Source: Verrucomicrobiota bacterium (GTDB taxonomy: Bacteria > Verrucomicrobiota > Verrucomicrobiia > Limisphaerales > Palsa-1400). Taken from it: a stretch of DNA of 64,000 nt. How positions within the stretch are numbered: position 1 is the stretch's first letter; every line of letters begins with the position of its first letter. Positions 1 through 8,903 of this stretch are shown one piece after another. The stretch covers positions 51,640 through 115,639 of the forward strand of contig JBEKYR010000003.1 of NCBI GenBank assembly GCA_049510745.1, given 5' to 3'. The translations under genes were made by a program, and so were the position numbers. The notes under the pieces were generated by a model that saw nothing but the letters and a program-made list of their open reading frames with translations, was not told the origin of the DNA and made no database searches.

Positions 1-566
1 GAACACGCATTGCCCGCATCCTGGTTTTATACTTCAGCCGGGACGGGCACACGAAGATGATGGCGGAGCTGGTCGCCGAAGGCGCCGGCAGCGTTCCGAT
101 GACCGAGCTGCGGCTCAAGACGGTCGCGCAGGCTGCCGCCGAGGACTTGATTTGGTGCGACGGCATCGCCGCCGGATCGCCCACGCACATGGGGACGATC
201 CCGTGGGAGATGAAGCAATGGTGGGATGTGACCGCACAACCGCTCTGGCCCAAGGTGGACGGAAAGATCGGGTGTGCGTTCACCTCCTCCGGCGGACTTG
301 CCGGCGGAGGCGAACTGACCTGTCTGGCATTGCAAATTGTGATGATGAATTACGGGATGCTGGTCTTTGGCGTTCCGGATTATGTCGCGCCGGGACAAAC
401 GCTCCATTATGGAGCGATTTGCGCCGGAAGGCCCCGCAACGAAGGCGACCGCGAAGCCTGCCGCCGCCTCGGACGACGACTTTGCGAATGGGTCCAGACG
501 CTGATTTGCCATCGCCCCGAGTATTCACCATTAAAGACGAGCTATCCGAGATTTCCGCCGGAGTGA
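1..566 (+). CDS. wrbA: WrbA-type NAD(P)H:quinone oxidoreductase (flavodoxin fold); 5' end at or before the window edge
   Basis: The frame is open from nt 3. The translation RILVLYFSRDGHTKMMAELVAEGA...IAAGSPTHMGTIPWEMKQWWD...FTSSGGLAGGGE resembles WrbA motifs. The ORF-track Met at 57 is internal. Confidence 0.75.
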   Translation, partial: TRIARILVLYFSRDGHTKMMAELVAEGAGSVPMTELRLKTVAQAAAEDLIWCDGIAAGSPTHMGTIPWEMKQWWDVTAQPLWPKVDGKIGCAFTSSGGLAGGGELTCLALQIVMMNYGMLVFGVPDYVAPGQTLHYGAICAGRPRNEGDREACRRLGRRLCEWVQTLICHRPEYSPLKTSYPRFPPE

Positions 567-747
567 GATCCTACTCTGAGAAAGCTGACCGCCACTTCGC
601 CCTCCTCAACGGCCGCAAAGTCAGGGTCGTCGGCGCCCAAAAAGGCCGTCATCGGTCTCATCGATGCTCTCATGCCCTTCTTGGCTATTGCATCCACGCC
701 CGGCTTGCGCGACTCTACACCGCGAGCGCGCTTGAGCGCGCTCGACT

Positions 748-1452
748 ATGACTGAGGCTGCCGCCCCGCAAATCGTTATGGCTCCGTCCCTGCTGGCCGC
801 GAATTTCGCGCGCCTGGGCGCCGAGGTTGCGCGCCTCAACCGCTCCGGGGCCGACTGGCTGCACCTCGACATCATGGACGGCCATTTCGTTCCCAACATT
901 TCCTTCGGCCCCGCCGTGGTCGAGACCCTTCGGCCGTTGAGCCGGCTGACCTTTGACGTGCATTTGATGTGCGCGCGCCCGGAAATCCTCCTCGAACCGT
1001 TTGCTAAAGCCGGCGCCGACCGCCTGACCATTCACGTCGAACTCGACGGCCAGGTCGTCCCCCTGATTTGGAAAATCCGTTCCCTGGGCAAGCAGGTCGG
1101 ATTAGCCCTCAACCCGCCCACCGCCATGGCCAGCGTCGAGCCGCACCTGGAGCGGATTGATTCGCTTCTGGTCATGAGCGTCAATCCCGGTTTTGGCGGC
1201 CAGGAATTCATCACCGAATGTTTGACAAAAATCCAGCAGGCGGCGGCCTGGCGGGAAAAACTCGGCTTGAACTATCGCATTGCCGTCGATGGCGGCCTGG
1301 ATGGCGCGACGGCCGCCAGTTGCGCGGCCGCCGGCGCCGACACCTTCATCAGCGGCACCGCCCTCTTCGGGCAAAAAAACCTCAAAGCCGCCGTGGCCCG
1401 GATGCGCAAGCTCACTTGCGCCGCGCGCCCGGACTTAAACAAGCCGGCTTAA
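748..1452 (+). CDS. rpe: ribulose-phosphate 3-epimerase
   Basis: Carries the Rpe motifs DWLHLDIMDGHFVPNISFGP, MSVNPGFGGQEFI and AVDGG. ATG 778 (MAPSLL) is an alternative start. Confidence 0.95.
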   Translation: MTEAAAPQIVMAPSLLAANFARLGAEVARLNRSGADWLHLDIMDGHFVPNISFGPAVVETLRPLSRLTFDVHLMCARPEILLEPFAKAGADRLTIHVELDGQVVPLIWKIRSLGKQVGLALNPPTAMASVEPHLERIDSLLVMSVNPGFGGQEFITECLTKIQQAAAWREKLGLNYRIAVDGGLDGATAASCAAAGADTFISGTALFGQKNLKAAVARMRKLTCAARPDLNKPA

Positions 1453-1469
1453 CAGGCTGGTTTCAGGCG

Positions 1470-2528
1470 TTACGCTGTCGTCATCAAAAAGGGGAGGCGG
1501 ACTGTGACCGTGGTGGACTTTCCCGGCGCGGAAGCAATTTCAATGGAGCCGCCATGCGCCGTCACGATCCACTGCGCGATGCTCAGCCCCAGGCCGCACC
1601 CTTCCACCGCGCTGCTGTGCGCCGGATCACCCCGGAAAAACCGGTCGAAGACCCGCGGCAGGATGTCCGGCGCGATCCCCGGACCGCTGTTCGCCACGGT
1701 CAATTCCGCCGTTTCACCCGCCCGCCGCAACGCCAGCCTCACCCACCCTTGCGGCTGGTTATACTTGATGGCATTGTCAAGAATATTCAATAGAAGCTGC
1801 CGCAGACGATGGGCGTTGCCCGCCACCGTCACGGCTGGCAATTCGCCGCATTCCACCCGCAGCCCCAGCGTCTCGGCCAGAATCTGCGCGTCCGCGAAAC
1901 TGTCGCGCGCCAGGTCGTCCAGGCGCACCGGGGCCAGCTCCAGCGGCACCAGCCCGGCGTCCGCCTTGGTCAACAGCGTCAGCCCATCGACGATGCGCGA
2001 GAGGCGGCGCAATTCGTCCAGGCGGCTGGCGGCCCTCTCCCGTTGCGCGGGGGACAGCGACTCGTCCCGCAGTTCGGTCTCCGTTTCGCCGCGCAGAATG
2101 GTCAGGGGAGTCTTGAGCTCGTGCGAAGCGTGCAAGGTGAACTCGCGAACGCGCGCAAACGAGCCGTCCAGCCGCGCCGTCATGCCATTGAGAACTTCCG
2201 CCAGCCGGTCCAGCTCGTCGCCGTTGCCGGTGCGGGGCAGCGGCTGGCTGAGATTGAATTCGTTGATCCGTTCGGCGGCGCGGCTCAACGCCGTGACGGG
2301 GGCCAGCGCCTTGCGCATCAGCCACCAACCGCCGCCAATGCTCAACAAGACGGCCGGGACGCCGATCCAGAAGGTAATCTCGATGATTTCCTCCATGCCC
2401 CGTTCCGCAGCGCGCGGCCTCCGTTCGTGCCGTTCGTGCAATTCCGCCAGAGACAAAACGGCGATGAGCACCAGCGAGCACAACAACAGGGCCGCGTTGC
2501 ACCAGGTCACTCGCGCGCGAATCGTCAC
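1470..2528 (-). CDS. sensor histidine kinase (OmpR-partner type, HAMP-HisKA-HATPase) with a very short extracytoplasmic loop
   Basis: H-box ASHELKTPLT plus N/G boxes (LDNAIKYN, NSGPGI, GLGLSIA). Two N-terminal TM helices flank the loop ELHERHERRPRAAERGMEE. Overlaps the upstream regulator gene by 4 nt. Confidence 0.9.
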   Translation of the reverse strand: MTIRARVTWCNAALLLCSLVLIAVLSLAELHERHERRPRAAERGMEEIIEITFWIGVPAVLLSIGGGWWLMRKALAPVTALSRAAERINEFNLSQPLPRTGNGDELDRLAEVLNGMTARLDGSFARVREFTLHASHELKTPLTILRGETETELRDESLSPAQRERAASRLDELRRLSRIVDGLTLLTKADAGLVPLELAPVRLDDLARDSFADAQILAETLGLRVECGELPAVTVAGNAHRLRQLLLNILDNAIKYNQPQGWVRLALRRAGETAELTVANSGPGIAPDILPRVFDRFFRGDPAHSSAVEGCGLGLSIAQWIVTAHGGSIEIASAPGKSTTVTVRLPFLMTTA

Positions 2529-3199
2529 GGCATCTCCTTCATCACGTAGCCGGAGCCGCGCACGGTGTGGAGCAATTTCGGCCCCAGCCCGGCGTCGATC
2601 TTTTCCCGCAGCCGCCGCACGTAAACGTCCACCAGGTTGGTGCCGGGATCAAAGTCGTAGTCCCAGACCTTTTCCAGGATCATCATTCGTCCGCAGAGCC
2701 TGCCGCCGGAGCGCATGAGGAATTCCAGCAGCCGGTACTCGCGCGTCGTCAGGGTGATGGCCTGGCCGCCGCGTTGCGCCTGCCGCGTCAGCGTGTCCAG
2801 CAATAGATCGCCCACGCGCAACATGGTGGATTTGTTCTCGCCCCCGCGCCGGGTCAAGGCGCGCACGCGGGCGATCAGTTCGGCCAGTTCAAACGGCTTG
2901 GGCAGGTAGTCGTCCGCCCCGGCGTCCAATCCTTCCACGCGCTCGTTGACTTCGCCGCGCGCGGACAACAGCAGCACCGGCGTCGCGTTTTTGCCTTTGC
3001 GCAACTGCCGCACCACGCTCAATCCGTCCCGTCCCGGCAGCATGATGTCCAGCACGATCACATCGAAGGGCGTGCTCTGCGCCAGGGCCAGCGCGTCGTC
3101 TCCGTTCCCGCACGTGTCCACCGCAAACCCTTCCGCCTGCAGCGCCTTGCGGATGAACGACGCCGTCTTCCTTTCATCTTCGACCACCAGAATGCGCAT
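2525..3199 (-). CDS. OmpR/PhoB-family response regulator
   Basis: Receiver domain (MRILVVEDE, VLDIMLPGRDG, LSARG) plus a winged-helix C-terminus (LTTREYRLLEFL, RGSGY). Confidence 0.95.
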   Translation of the reverse strand: MRILVVEDERKTASFIRKALQAEGFAVDTCGNGDDALALAQSTPFDVIVLDIMLPGRDGLSVVRQLRKGKNATPVLLLSARGEVNERVEGLDAGADDYLPKPFELAELIARVRALTRRGGENKSTMLRVGDLLLDTLTRQAQRGGQAITLTTREYRLLEFLMRSGGRLCGRMMILEKVWDYDFDPGTNLVDVYVRRLREKIDAGLGPKLLHTVRGSGYVMKEMP

Positions 3200-3397
3200 A
3201 ACAAAGGCAGTTTAAACCAACGCCGGCGAAATCCCAATGATGATCTGGGTTGCTCTCCCTTCCGCGCCCGCCGCGCCGGAGGGCGCCGGCCATTTCGTCA
3301 TCCCGTAAACAAGAATTTTAAGGCGACCCGCAACCAGCCGGGGCCGCCGCCGCCTCAAACCTGGCCGGGCCAGGGTGGCATCTGCCTGTCGTTTGGT

Positions 3398-3757
3398 CTA
3401 ATCGTTGTCTTTCTTCTTCCCCTTGCCCGCGTCTTCGGCCCGTTCTTTATCCTGGTCCTTGGGCGTTTCCTTCGCCACGGAAACCACGGCGCCGGTGATG
3501 GCATCCACATTCACCTCCGTGATGTCCTTGGACCCCGGCGTGGCGATGTCGAACGACCAGATCAATCTGCCCTTTTCCTTTTCCAATTCGCCTTCCTTGA
3601 CGGTGCCGTTGGGGGCCTGGGCCAGGGCGGTGGCTTGGGCGTCGGCCTTGCTGACCTTGGCCTGCGCCGCAAGCCGGGCTTGTTCCTTTTGTTCGGATTC
3701 GCAGCCGGCGAGCACGACGGCGGCGAGGGTTAAAACCATTATGGTTCGCACTTTCAT
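3398..3757 (-). CDS. PepSY-domain lipoprotein
   Basis: Lipobox LAGC after a signal peptide. The C-terminal LIWSFDIATPGSKDITEVNVDAITGAVV is PepSY-like. Lies upstream of the RR/HK genes on the same strand. Confidence 0.7.
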   Translation of the reverse strand: MKVRTIMVLTLAAVVLAGCESEQKEQARLAAQAKVSKADAQATALAQAPNGTVKEGELEKEKGRLIWSFDIATPGSKDITEVNVDAITGAVVSVAKETPKDQDKERAEDAGKGKKKDND

Positions 3758-3865
3758 TGTTTCTCCTTTTGTTGGTCAAGCATTCGGGCGCAATGCTACC
3801 CGTTCCGCATGAACCTCACATAAACCCAACATGACAGTTTTGTCATCTTCCGGCTCGCCGTGGAT

Positions 3866-4198
3866 TTAGCGCCGGCCAAACTGGATGAGCAGCCCGCCGG
3901 CCAGAATGAGCGCCAGCCCAATCCACGTCGAGGGCGGCACCGTTTCCCTGAAAACAAAGCGCCCGCAGAGAATGCTGACCAGCGCAAAAAACCCGACGTA
4001 CACCCCCAGCAACTTGGAGAAATCCCACGGCACGGAATTGACCAGCAGCGCGTACCCCGCCAGCAGCGCGCATCCCGCCAGGATGGATAGAACGCCGCCG
4101 CCCCGCAAACCGCGTCGCACCGCCGCGTCGCCCGCGACTTCCAGCGACGCCGCCATGACGAAAATCACCCACGCAAACCTGTTCATCAAATCATGCAT
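3866..4198 (-). CDS. small 4-TM membrane protein (YnfA/UPF0060- or SMR-like)
   Basis: 110 aa with four hydrophobic segments. The layout resembles YnfA. No functional motif recognised. Confidence 0.6.
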   Translation of the reverse strand: MHDLMNRFAWVIFVMAASLEVAGDAAVRRGLRGGGVLSILAGCALLAGYALLVNSVPWDFSKLLGVYVGFFALVSILCGRFVFRETVPPSTWIGLALILAGGLLIQFGRR

Positions 4199-4228
4199 AA
4201 TACTCCGCTTCCCGAGGCGCCGCCCGGT

Positions 4229-4531
4229 CTAATCCCCAAAGAGTTTCTTCAACTTGTCGCGGGCGGCGTCTTCGCGCGGGTTGTGGTCGGTCTTGGGGAC
4301 AAAGGCGCGCCGGAAAAAATCGAAGTATTCGCAGAAATTTCCCGCGGCTTTTTCCATCACCGGCTCGGCCCGGCGGTCGCGGCATTGATGGGCGAAGCGC
4401 GGATCGTAGCTGGCGCAGTTGAGGCAGACACGCAAGTCCGCGTTGCAGCGGTCGCAGGTATCGCCGCGTCCGGGGAAACCGGGCCTTGCCCACTCCCACC
4501 CGCAATTGTGGCAATGTCGAGTCTCAGTCAT
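4229..4531 (-). CDS. cysteine-rich zinc-ribbon protein, function unknown
   Basis: CHNC...CDRC...CLNC spacing typical of zinc ribbons. 100 aa with plausible composition. Confidence 0.6.
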   Translation of the reverse strand: MTETRHCHNCGWEWARPGFPGRGDTCDRCNADLRVCLNCASYDPRFAHQCRDRRAEPVMEKAAGNFCEYFDFFRRAFVPKTDHNPREDAARDKLKKLFGD

Positions 4532-4741
4532 TCCCCTCCATTATATCGGTTTTCAGGGCGGACGCCAGACCGGGTTGCGGGAAAAACGGGGGCGAAGCCG
4601 AACGTGTTCCGGCGCAAATGCAACTTAAAAATTTGGCAAATTGCACTTTTACATCTGGACGGCGCAATCGGTTGTGGCCTACAAGAAGTAAGCCCGGGCT
4701 GACCTGAAGCGGCTTGGGGAAAATTCAAATGTCCGAGTTGT

Positions 4742-5422
4742 GTGAGGCCAATCGAAAAGAGCGCGCGCCCGGTCGGGACGGGACCGGAGATCGCACCGAG
4801 TGAAGCGGCAAATCTGCTGGGCGATTTTTCCGCCCTCTTGCAGCAGATTGGCTCGCCCGTTGTCAGCGCCGCGCTTCCCAGCCCGAAGGGCGGCGCAACC
4901 CCCGGGGAATTCCCGGCCCTGCAAGAGTTCCTGGAGGCTTACCTGTCGGAAATCCTCCTGCCCTTGGAATTGCCGGCCATCGTCGAGGCTTGCGGCCACG
5001 CCCGGCGCGGTGAACTGCGCGAATTGATCGCCCAGGATCAGCGCTTGAACGCGCCCCTGCGCCTGACGCCCTTCGCCGGGCCGAGCCGGCAGATTGGACG
5101 GCTGCAATTGACCCGAATGCGTCCCTTGCGCGATGATCGCACGGTGCAACGCTACCTGGCGGCGGTCGAATCAGGCCACGCCCACGGCTGGCACACGGTG
5201 GTCTATGGGTTGACTTTGGCCGTGTATTCGCTGCCCTTGCGCCAGGGGCTGCTCTACTACGCGCAGGAAACGCTTGCCGGACTGGCGGGCGCGGCGGCCC
5301 GCGGGGCCGGCGGCGCGCAATCCGACTTGTCCCGCGCGCTGGAGGATTTGCTGGCACGGGTGCCTGCCGCCGTCGAAGCCAGCCTGGCCGGGAACGGGGC
5401 GCCGGGCGCCGGGCCGGAGTAA
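4742..5422 (+). CDS. hypothetical protein (weak UreF-like resemblance in the C-terminal half)
   Basis: 226-aa ORF with a GTG start. The HAHGWHTVVYGLTLAVYSLPLRQGLLYYAQETL segment faintly recalls UreF helices. No urease genes are nearby. Confidence 0.45.
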   Translation: MRPIEKSARPVGTGPEIAPSEAANLLGDFSALLQQIGSPVVSAALPSPKGGATPGEFPALQEFLEAYLSEILLPLELPAIVEACGHARRGELRELIAQDQRLNAPLRLTPFAGPSRQIGRLQLTRMRPLRDDRTVQRYLAAVESGHAHGWHTVVYGLTLAVYSLPLRQGLLYYAQETLAGLAGAAARGAGGAQSDLSRALEDLLARVPAAVEASLAGNGAPGAGPE

Positions 5423-5466
5423 ATTCATTTGGCATCCTCCCGCCCCCCGGCTGTATCCTCGCGCGC

Positions 5467-7059
5467 ATGGCGACGGCACCCTCCAGCTTTCTGAACACGG
5501 CGGATTGGGCCGTTATTCTTTTTTACATGGGGGGCATCATTGTTTTGGGGAGCTGGTTCGGCAAGGACCAGCACAATACGCGCGACTATTTTCTCGGCGG
5601 CAAGGACATTCCGTGGTGGGGCATCGGGCTGTCGATTGTCGCCGCGGAGACCAGCGCGCTGACGATCATCGGGGTTCCGGCCATGGCCTACGCCAGGAAC
5701 GGGAACCTGGCCTTCATTCAATTGATCATCGGTTACGTCATTGCCCGCGTCATTTTGGCGGCGGTGATGGTGCCCTATTATTTCAAGGGGGAAATCTACT
5801 CGCCTTACCAACTCTTTTCCGGCGCCTTTGGCGAAAGTGCGCGCAATACCGCCGCCGGGCTTTTTCTTCTGAACGGCGCGCTTTCGGCGGGAGTGCGCGT
5901 GTATGTCGCCTGCATTCCCATCTCCTTGATGTTGGGCCGGAACGCGCTGGGCGCGTTCGGCGGCGGGGACCCGGTCCTGGGCGCCATTGTGTTGTTCGTC
6001 GTGCTTTCGCTGCTCTACACCTACGTGGGCGGCGTCAAGGCGGTGATCTGGACCGATGCGGTTCAATTCGGGCTTTTCCTGCTGGGGGGCGTCTTCGCCT
6101 TGTGTTATATCCCGCACCTCTTCGCGGGAGGAGCGCGCGAAGCCTGCCATCTGGCGGCGGCGGGCGGAAAACTCCGTTGGTTCAACGCCTCCGTCTCGTG
6201 GACCTCGCTCTGGCAGGAACCGATGAATATCTGGATGGGCGTCATCGGCGGCACGGTCATGGTCATGTCCTCCCACGGCGCCGATCAATTGATCGTGCAG
6301 CGGGTGCTGGCCTGCAAAACGGTGCGCGACGGCCGGTGCGCGTTGATTTTAAGCGCGGTCGTCATTCTCCCGCTCTTTTTGATCTTCCTGCTCGTCGGAG
6401 CGATGCTTTGGGCTTATTACCAGAAATTCCCCATGCTCATTCCCCTGCCGGAAGTCAGACCCGGCAGCGGAATCAAGGCCAATGATTACATCTTCCCAAT
6501 TTTCATCATGTCGGTCGTGCCGCACGTTTTGAAAGGGCTGCTCATCGTGGCCATCCTCTCGGCCGCCATGTCGTCGGTCAGCTCGGCCCTGACCTCGCTG
6601 GCCTCGGTTTCGACGATGGATTTTGGCAGGAAGTTGTTGCCGGGCAAACCGGAGGCCTTCTTTCTGCGGTTCAGCAAGATCTCGACCGTGCTGTGGGCCG
6701 CGGTGCTCATTGTGGTGGCCTTCTTGAGCCGGTATTCCCCGCGGGTGCTCGACACGGCTTTTTTGTTGCGCGGCCTGACCAGCGGCGGGCTGCTGGGGGG
6801 ATTGTTTCTGGCGCTGTGGTGGAAACGCGGCTCGGCCAAGCCGGTCATTCTGGGCATGCTTTCCTCGGTGGCCGTGATGACCTGGCTCTGCCGTCCGCAC
6901 GGGGGGTTTCTCCTCTATTGGCCGTGGCAGACGATGATCGGCTGCGCGGTGACGCTCCTGGTGGCGATTCTCACACGGCGGCTGCTGCCCTCCGCCGCCG
7001 GGCGCTTATCAGTGCCGTCGGGAGCCAAGCCTCAAGCCACCGGGGAAAATGACGAATGA
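5467..7059 (+). CDS. sodium:solute symporter family (SSF) transporter
   Basis: 530 aa with ~13 TM segments. The N-terminal DYFLGGKDIPWWGIGLSIVAAETSALTIIGVPAMAY is the SSF signature region. The last 6 codons and the stop lie inside a repeat element. Confidence 0.9.
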   Translation: MATAPSSFLNTADWAVILFYMGGIIVLGSWFGKDQHNTRDYFLGGKDIPWWGIGLSIVAAETSALTIIGVPAMAYARNGNLAFIQLIIGYVIARVILAAVMVPYYFKGEIYSPYQLFSGAFGESARNTAAGLFLLNGALSAGVRVYVACIPISLMLGRNALGAFGGGDPVLGAIVLFVVLSLLYTYVGGVKAVIWTDAVQFGLFLLGGVFALCYIPHLFAGGAREACHLAAAGGKLRWFNASVSWTSLWQEPMNIWMGVIGGTVMVMSSHGADQLIVQRVLACKTVRDGRCALILSAVVILPLFLIFLLVGAMLWAYYQKFPMLIPLPEVRPGSGIKANDYIFPIFIMSVVPHVLKGLLIVAILSAAMSSVSSALTSLASVSTMDFGRKLLPGKPEAFFLRFSKISTVLWAAVLIVVAFLSRYSPRVLDTAFLLRGLTSGGLLGGLFLALWWKRGSAKPVILGMLSSVAVMTWLCRPHGGFLLYWPWQTMIGCAVTLLVAILTRRLLPSAAGRLSVPSGAKPQATGENDE

Positions 7060-7163
7060 CGAAAACCTAATGACGAAGGAATGCTCAAATGACTCAATGA
7101 CGAAACCTTCGTCATTCGTGCTTCGTCATTCTTTAGTCATTCGGTTTTCGTCATTAGTCATTC
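7039..7163. repeat. TGACGAA/TTCGTCA hairpin repeat element, copy A
   Basis: Left half has tandem TGACGAA units and right half TTCGTCA units. The core stem AATGACGAA (7096-7104) pairs with TTCGTCATT (7108-7116). Shares ACCGGGGAAAATGACGAATG and CTCAAATGACTCAATGACGAAA blocks with 20275-20363 (inverted) and 59527-59552. Confidence 0.8.
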
Positions 7164-7241
7164 TTGTCAAGAACCGGGACGCGCCATCCGCCGCAAAGAA
7201 CGAACATTGAACCCGGAAAGAATCTTTGCAACACTGGCCTC

Positions 7242-7850
7242 ATGGCCATCACGCCCAGACAATTCGAACAACTCCAGGCCCGGTTGGGCGGCCCGAAACG
7301 TTCGCCCGTCCCGGTTTTCGAGAGCGCGCTGCGGCCGCTCTCCGCCAAGGCCCGGATCATCATTGGTGTTGACCCGTCGATGCGGGCCACCGGTTACGGC
7401 GTCATCCAGACCGGAAAACCCGCCCCGCGCGCCCTGGCGCACGGCACCATTGTCTGTCCCGCCGGCTGGGAGCGTTCCCGCTGCCTGGCCAGGATCGCCC
7501 AGACGTTGCGGGACCTCGTCGCCCGGCACCGCCCGGCGGCGTGCGCGATCGAGGGCCTGTTTTACGCGCAAAACCTGCAAACCGCCCTGATCATGGGCGA
7601 AGCGCGCGGCGCGGCGCTGGCGGCCCTGGGCGAAGCGGGAGTGGAGATTTATGAAATTGCCCCGCGCAAGGTCAAGCAGGCGATTGTCGGCTACGGCGCG
7701 GCCCAGAAAATAGCGGTCGCCAAAATGGTGCAGCGCCTCCTGCAACTGCCCAAGCCGCCCGCGCCGGACGCCGCCGACGCCCTGGCCGTCGCCTTGGCCT
7801 ACGCGCAGGAATCGGGCCGCTACAGCCTGGGCGGGCTGAAGAAGATTTGA
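7242..7850 (+). CDS. ruvC: crossover junction endodeoxyribonuclease RuvC
   Basis: IIGVDPSMRATGYGVI...AIEGLFYAQNLQTALIMGEARG...DAADALAVALAY is typical of RuvC. The ORF opens at 7164, but ATG 7242 is the first plausible start. Confidence 0.9.
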   Translation: MAITPRQFEQLQARLGGPKRSPVPVFESALRPLSAKARIIIGVDPSMRATGYGVIQTGKPAPRALAHGTIVCPAGWERSRCLARIAQTLRDLVARHRPAACAIEGLFYAQNLQTALIMGEARGAALAALGEAGVEIYEIAPRKVKQAIVGYGAAQKIAVAKMVQRLLQLPKPPAPDAADALAVALAYAQESGRYSLGGLKKI

Positions 7851-7872
7851 GGAATTATCCGCGCGATCTGGG

Positions 7873-8087
7873 GTCACATCTAAACCGGAACGATGCAGAA
7901 GGATTGGGGAGCGCGGGCGTCCTCGCCTGCAGCCTTCGGCGTCTCGCCGAAGGCATTCGATCCCGGAGGACTTGGCGGTCACATCCAAACATTCGACATT
8001 TTGCTTTAGAGGACAGGCCGTACGGGTGAACGGCACGGCTTCAATTTCCGGAACCGGCAGCCAAAATGTAGAATGTTTAGATTTGAC
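7873..8087. repeat. three copies of GTCA(C/A)ATC(T/C)AAAC(ATTC), two direct and one inverted; possible MITE-like scar
   Basis: Copies at 7873-7885 (+), 7978-7997 (+) and 8068-8087 (inverted; ~17/20 match to the second copy by hand count). A perfect hairpin (10-bp stem, 3-nt loop) GCCTTCGGCG-TCT-CGCCGAAGGC lies at 7932-7954. Confidence 0.5.
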
Positions 8088-8097
8088 TCCGATTCAC

Positions 8098-8241
8098 ATG
8101 ACCAAGAAACTCAGCGGCTACGACCACCTTTGGTCTGTCCGCATCAACGAGCAATATCGCGCCATAGGCGAACGCCACGGCGACACCATGGTCTGGGTTT
8201 GGGTGGGCACGCACAACGAGTTCGACAATCTCTTCGGTTGA
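8098..8241 (+). pseudogene. ParE-like toxin, C-terminal fragment only
   Basis: KKLSGYDHLWSVRINEQYRAIGERHGDTMVWVWVGTHNEFDNL matches the C-terminal half of ParE-like toxins as I remember them. About 45 N-terminal residues and any antitoxin gene are missing. Confidence 0.5.
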
Positions 8242-8265
8242 GTGAACCCTGACAGAAGCAGAGGA

Positions 8266-8664
8266 TCATTTCGCTTTCCGTTCCCGGTCTTCCCTTTCAA
8301 CAATCATTTTGTAAGCGGGCCAACGGGCGACCATCTTCCCCAGTGCTTCGTTGTGAGCCTCCGAATAGGCGCATTTGGGCCCGTTACGAAAGGTGAATGG
8401 TGAATATTCGGACGGACCGAGGGGACAATGCATATTTGTCGAGAATGGGCCACCCATGAATTGCCACAAATCCGCTTGGCTGATCGGCGTATCAACTGAA
8501 AGACTCGCCTCCAACATGTGCGACCGCGCCATATCCCAGAGCATCCCCATTTGCTGCACGCACTTTGTCTCCATTGCAGCCCTTCTATGGAGATTGATCC
8601 CCGCTACTGTCAGGGCCGCGATGGATGGCAGGCCGACGATCGCCAAAATGAGTTTACCGCGCAT
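8266..8664 (-). CDS. membrane-anchored hypothetical protein
   Basis: N-terminal TM helix, then a Cys-containing pattern (C..Q...W......H.CP.GPSEY...P.C) recurrent in small PVC-group proteins. Function unknown. Confidence 0.55.
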   Translation of the reverse strand: MRGKLILAIVGLPSIAALTVAGINLHRRAAMETKCVQQMGMLWDMARSHMLEASLSVDTPISQADLWQFMGGPFSTNMHCPLGPSEYSPFTFRNGPKCAYSEAHNEALGKMVARWPAYKMIVEREDRERKAK

Positions 8665-8903
8665 AATTAACTCTCAATCCGATGTCCTCAACCGTAATCC
8701 GTCGGCACTTCCGATTCAACCGGTGATTCGCGCTGCTGTGAACAACTGCACAACTGGGGTCACCCAGAGTTTGTTTTTTTGCTCTGGTCCAAACTTGGTT
8801 GACATGCGATTTCCCGCCGGGTCATCGCCATTTATGTGGAGTTCCACATAACGCCGTGACTATTCAATGTGTGCGGTTGAGCGGCCCCGTCAAGAGATGC
8901 CTT

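Noticed and set aside
4560-4740. TGGCAAATTGCA in the intergenic region, resembling a sigma-54 -24/-12 element.
   Set aside because: The GG-to-GC spacing is 8 nt instead of the required ~12, so it does not fit the TGGCAC-N5-TTGC geometry.
4742-5422. Calling this ORF a urease accessory protein, UreF.
   Set aside because: The resemblance is limited to one helical segment, no urease or other ure genes are nearby, and I could not run a profile search. It is kept as hypothetical.
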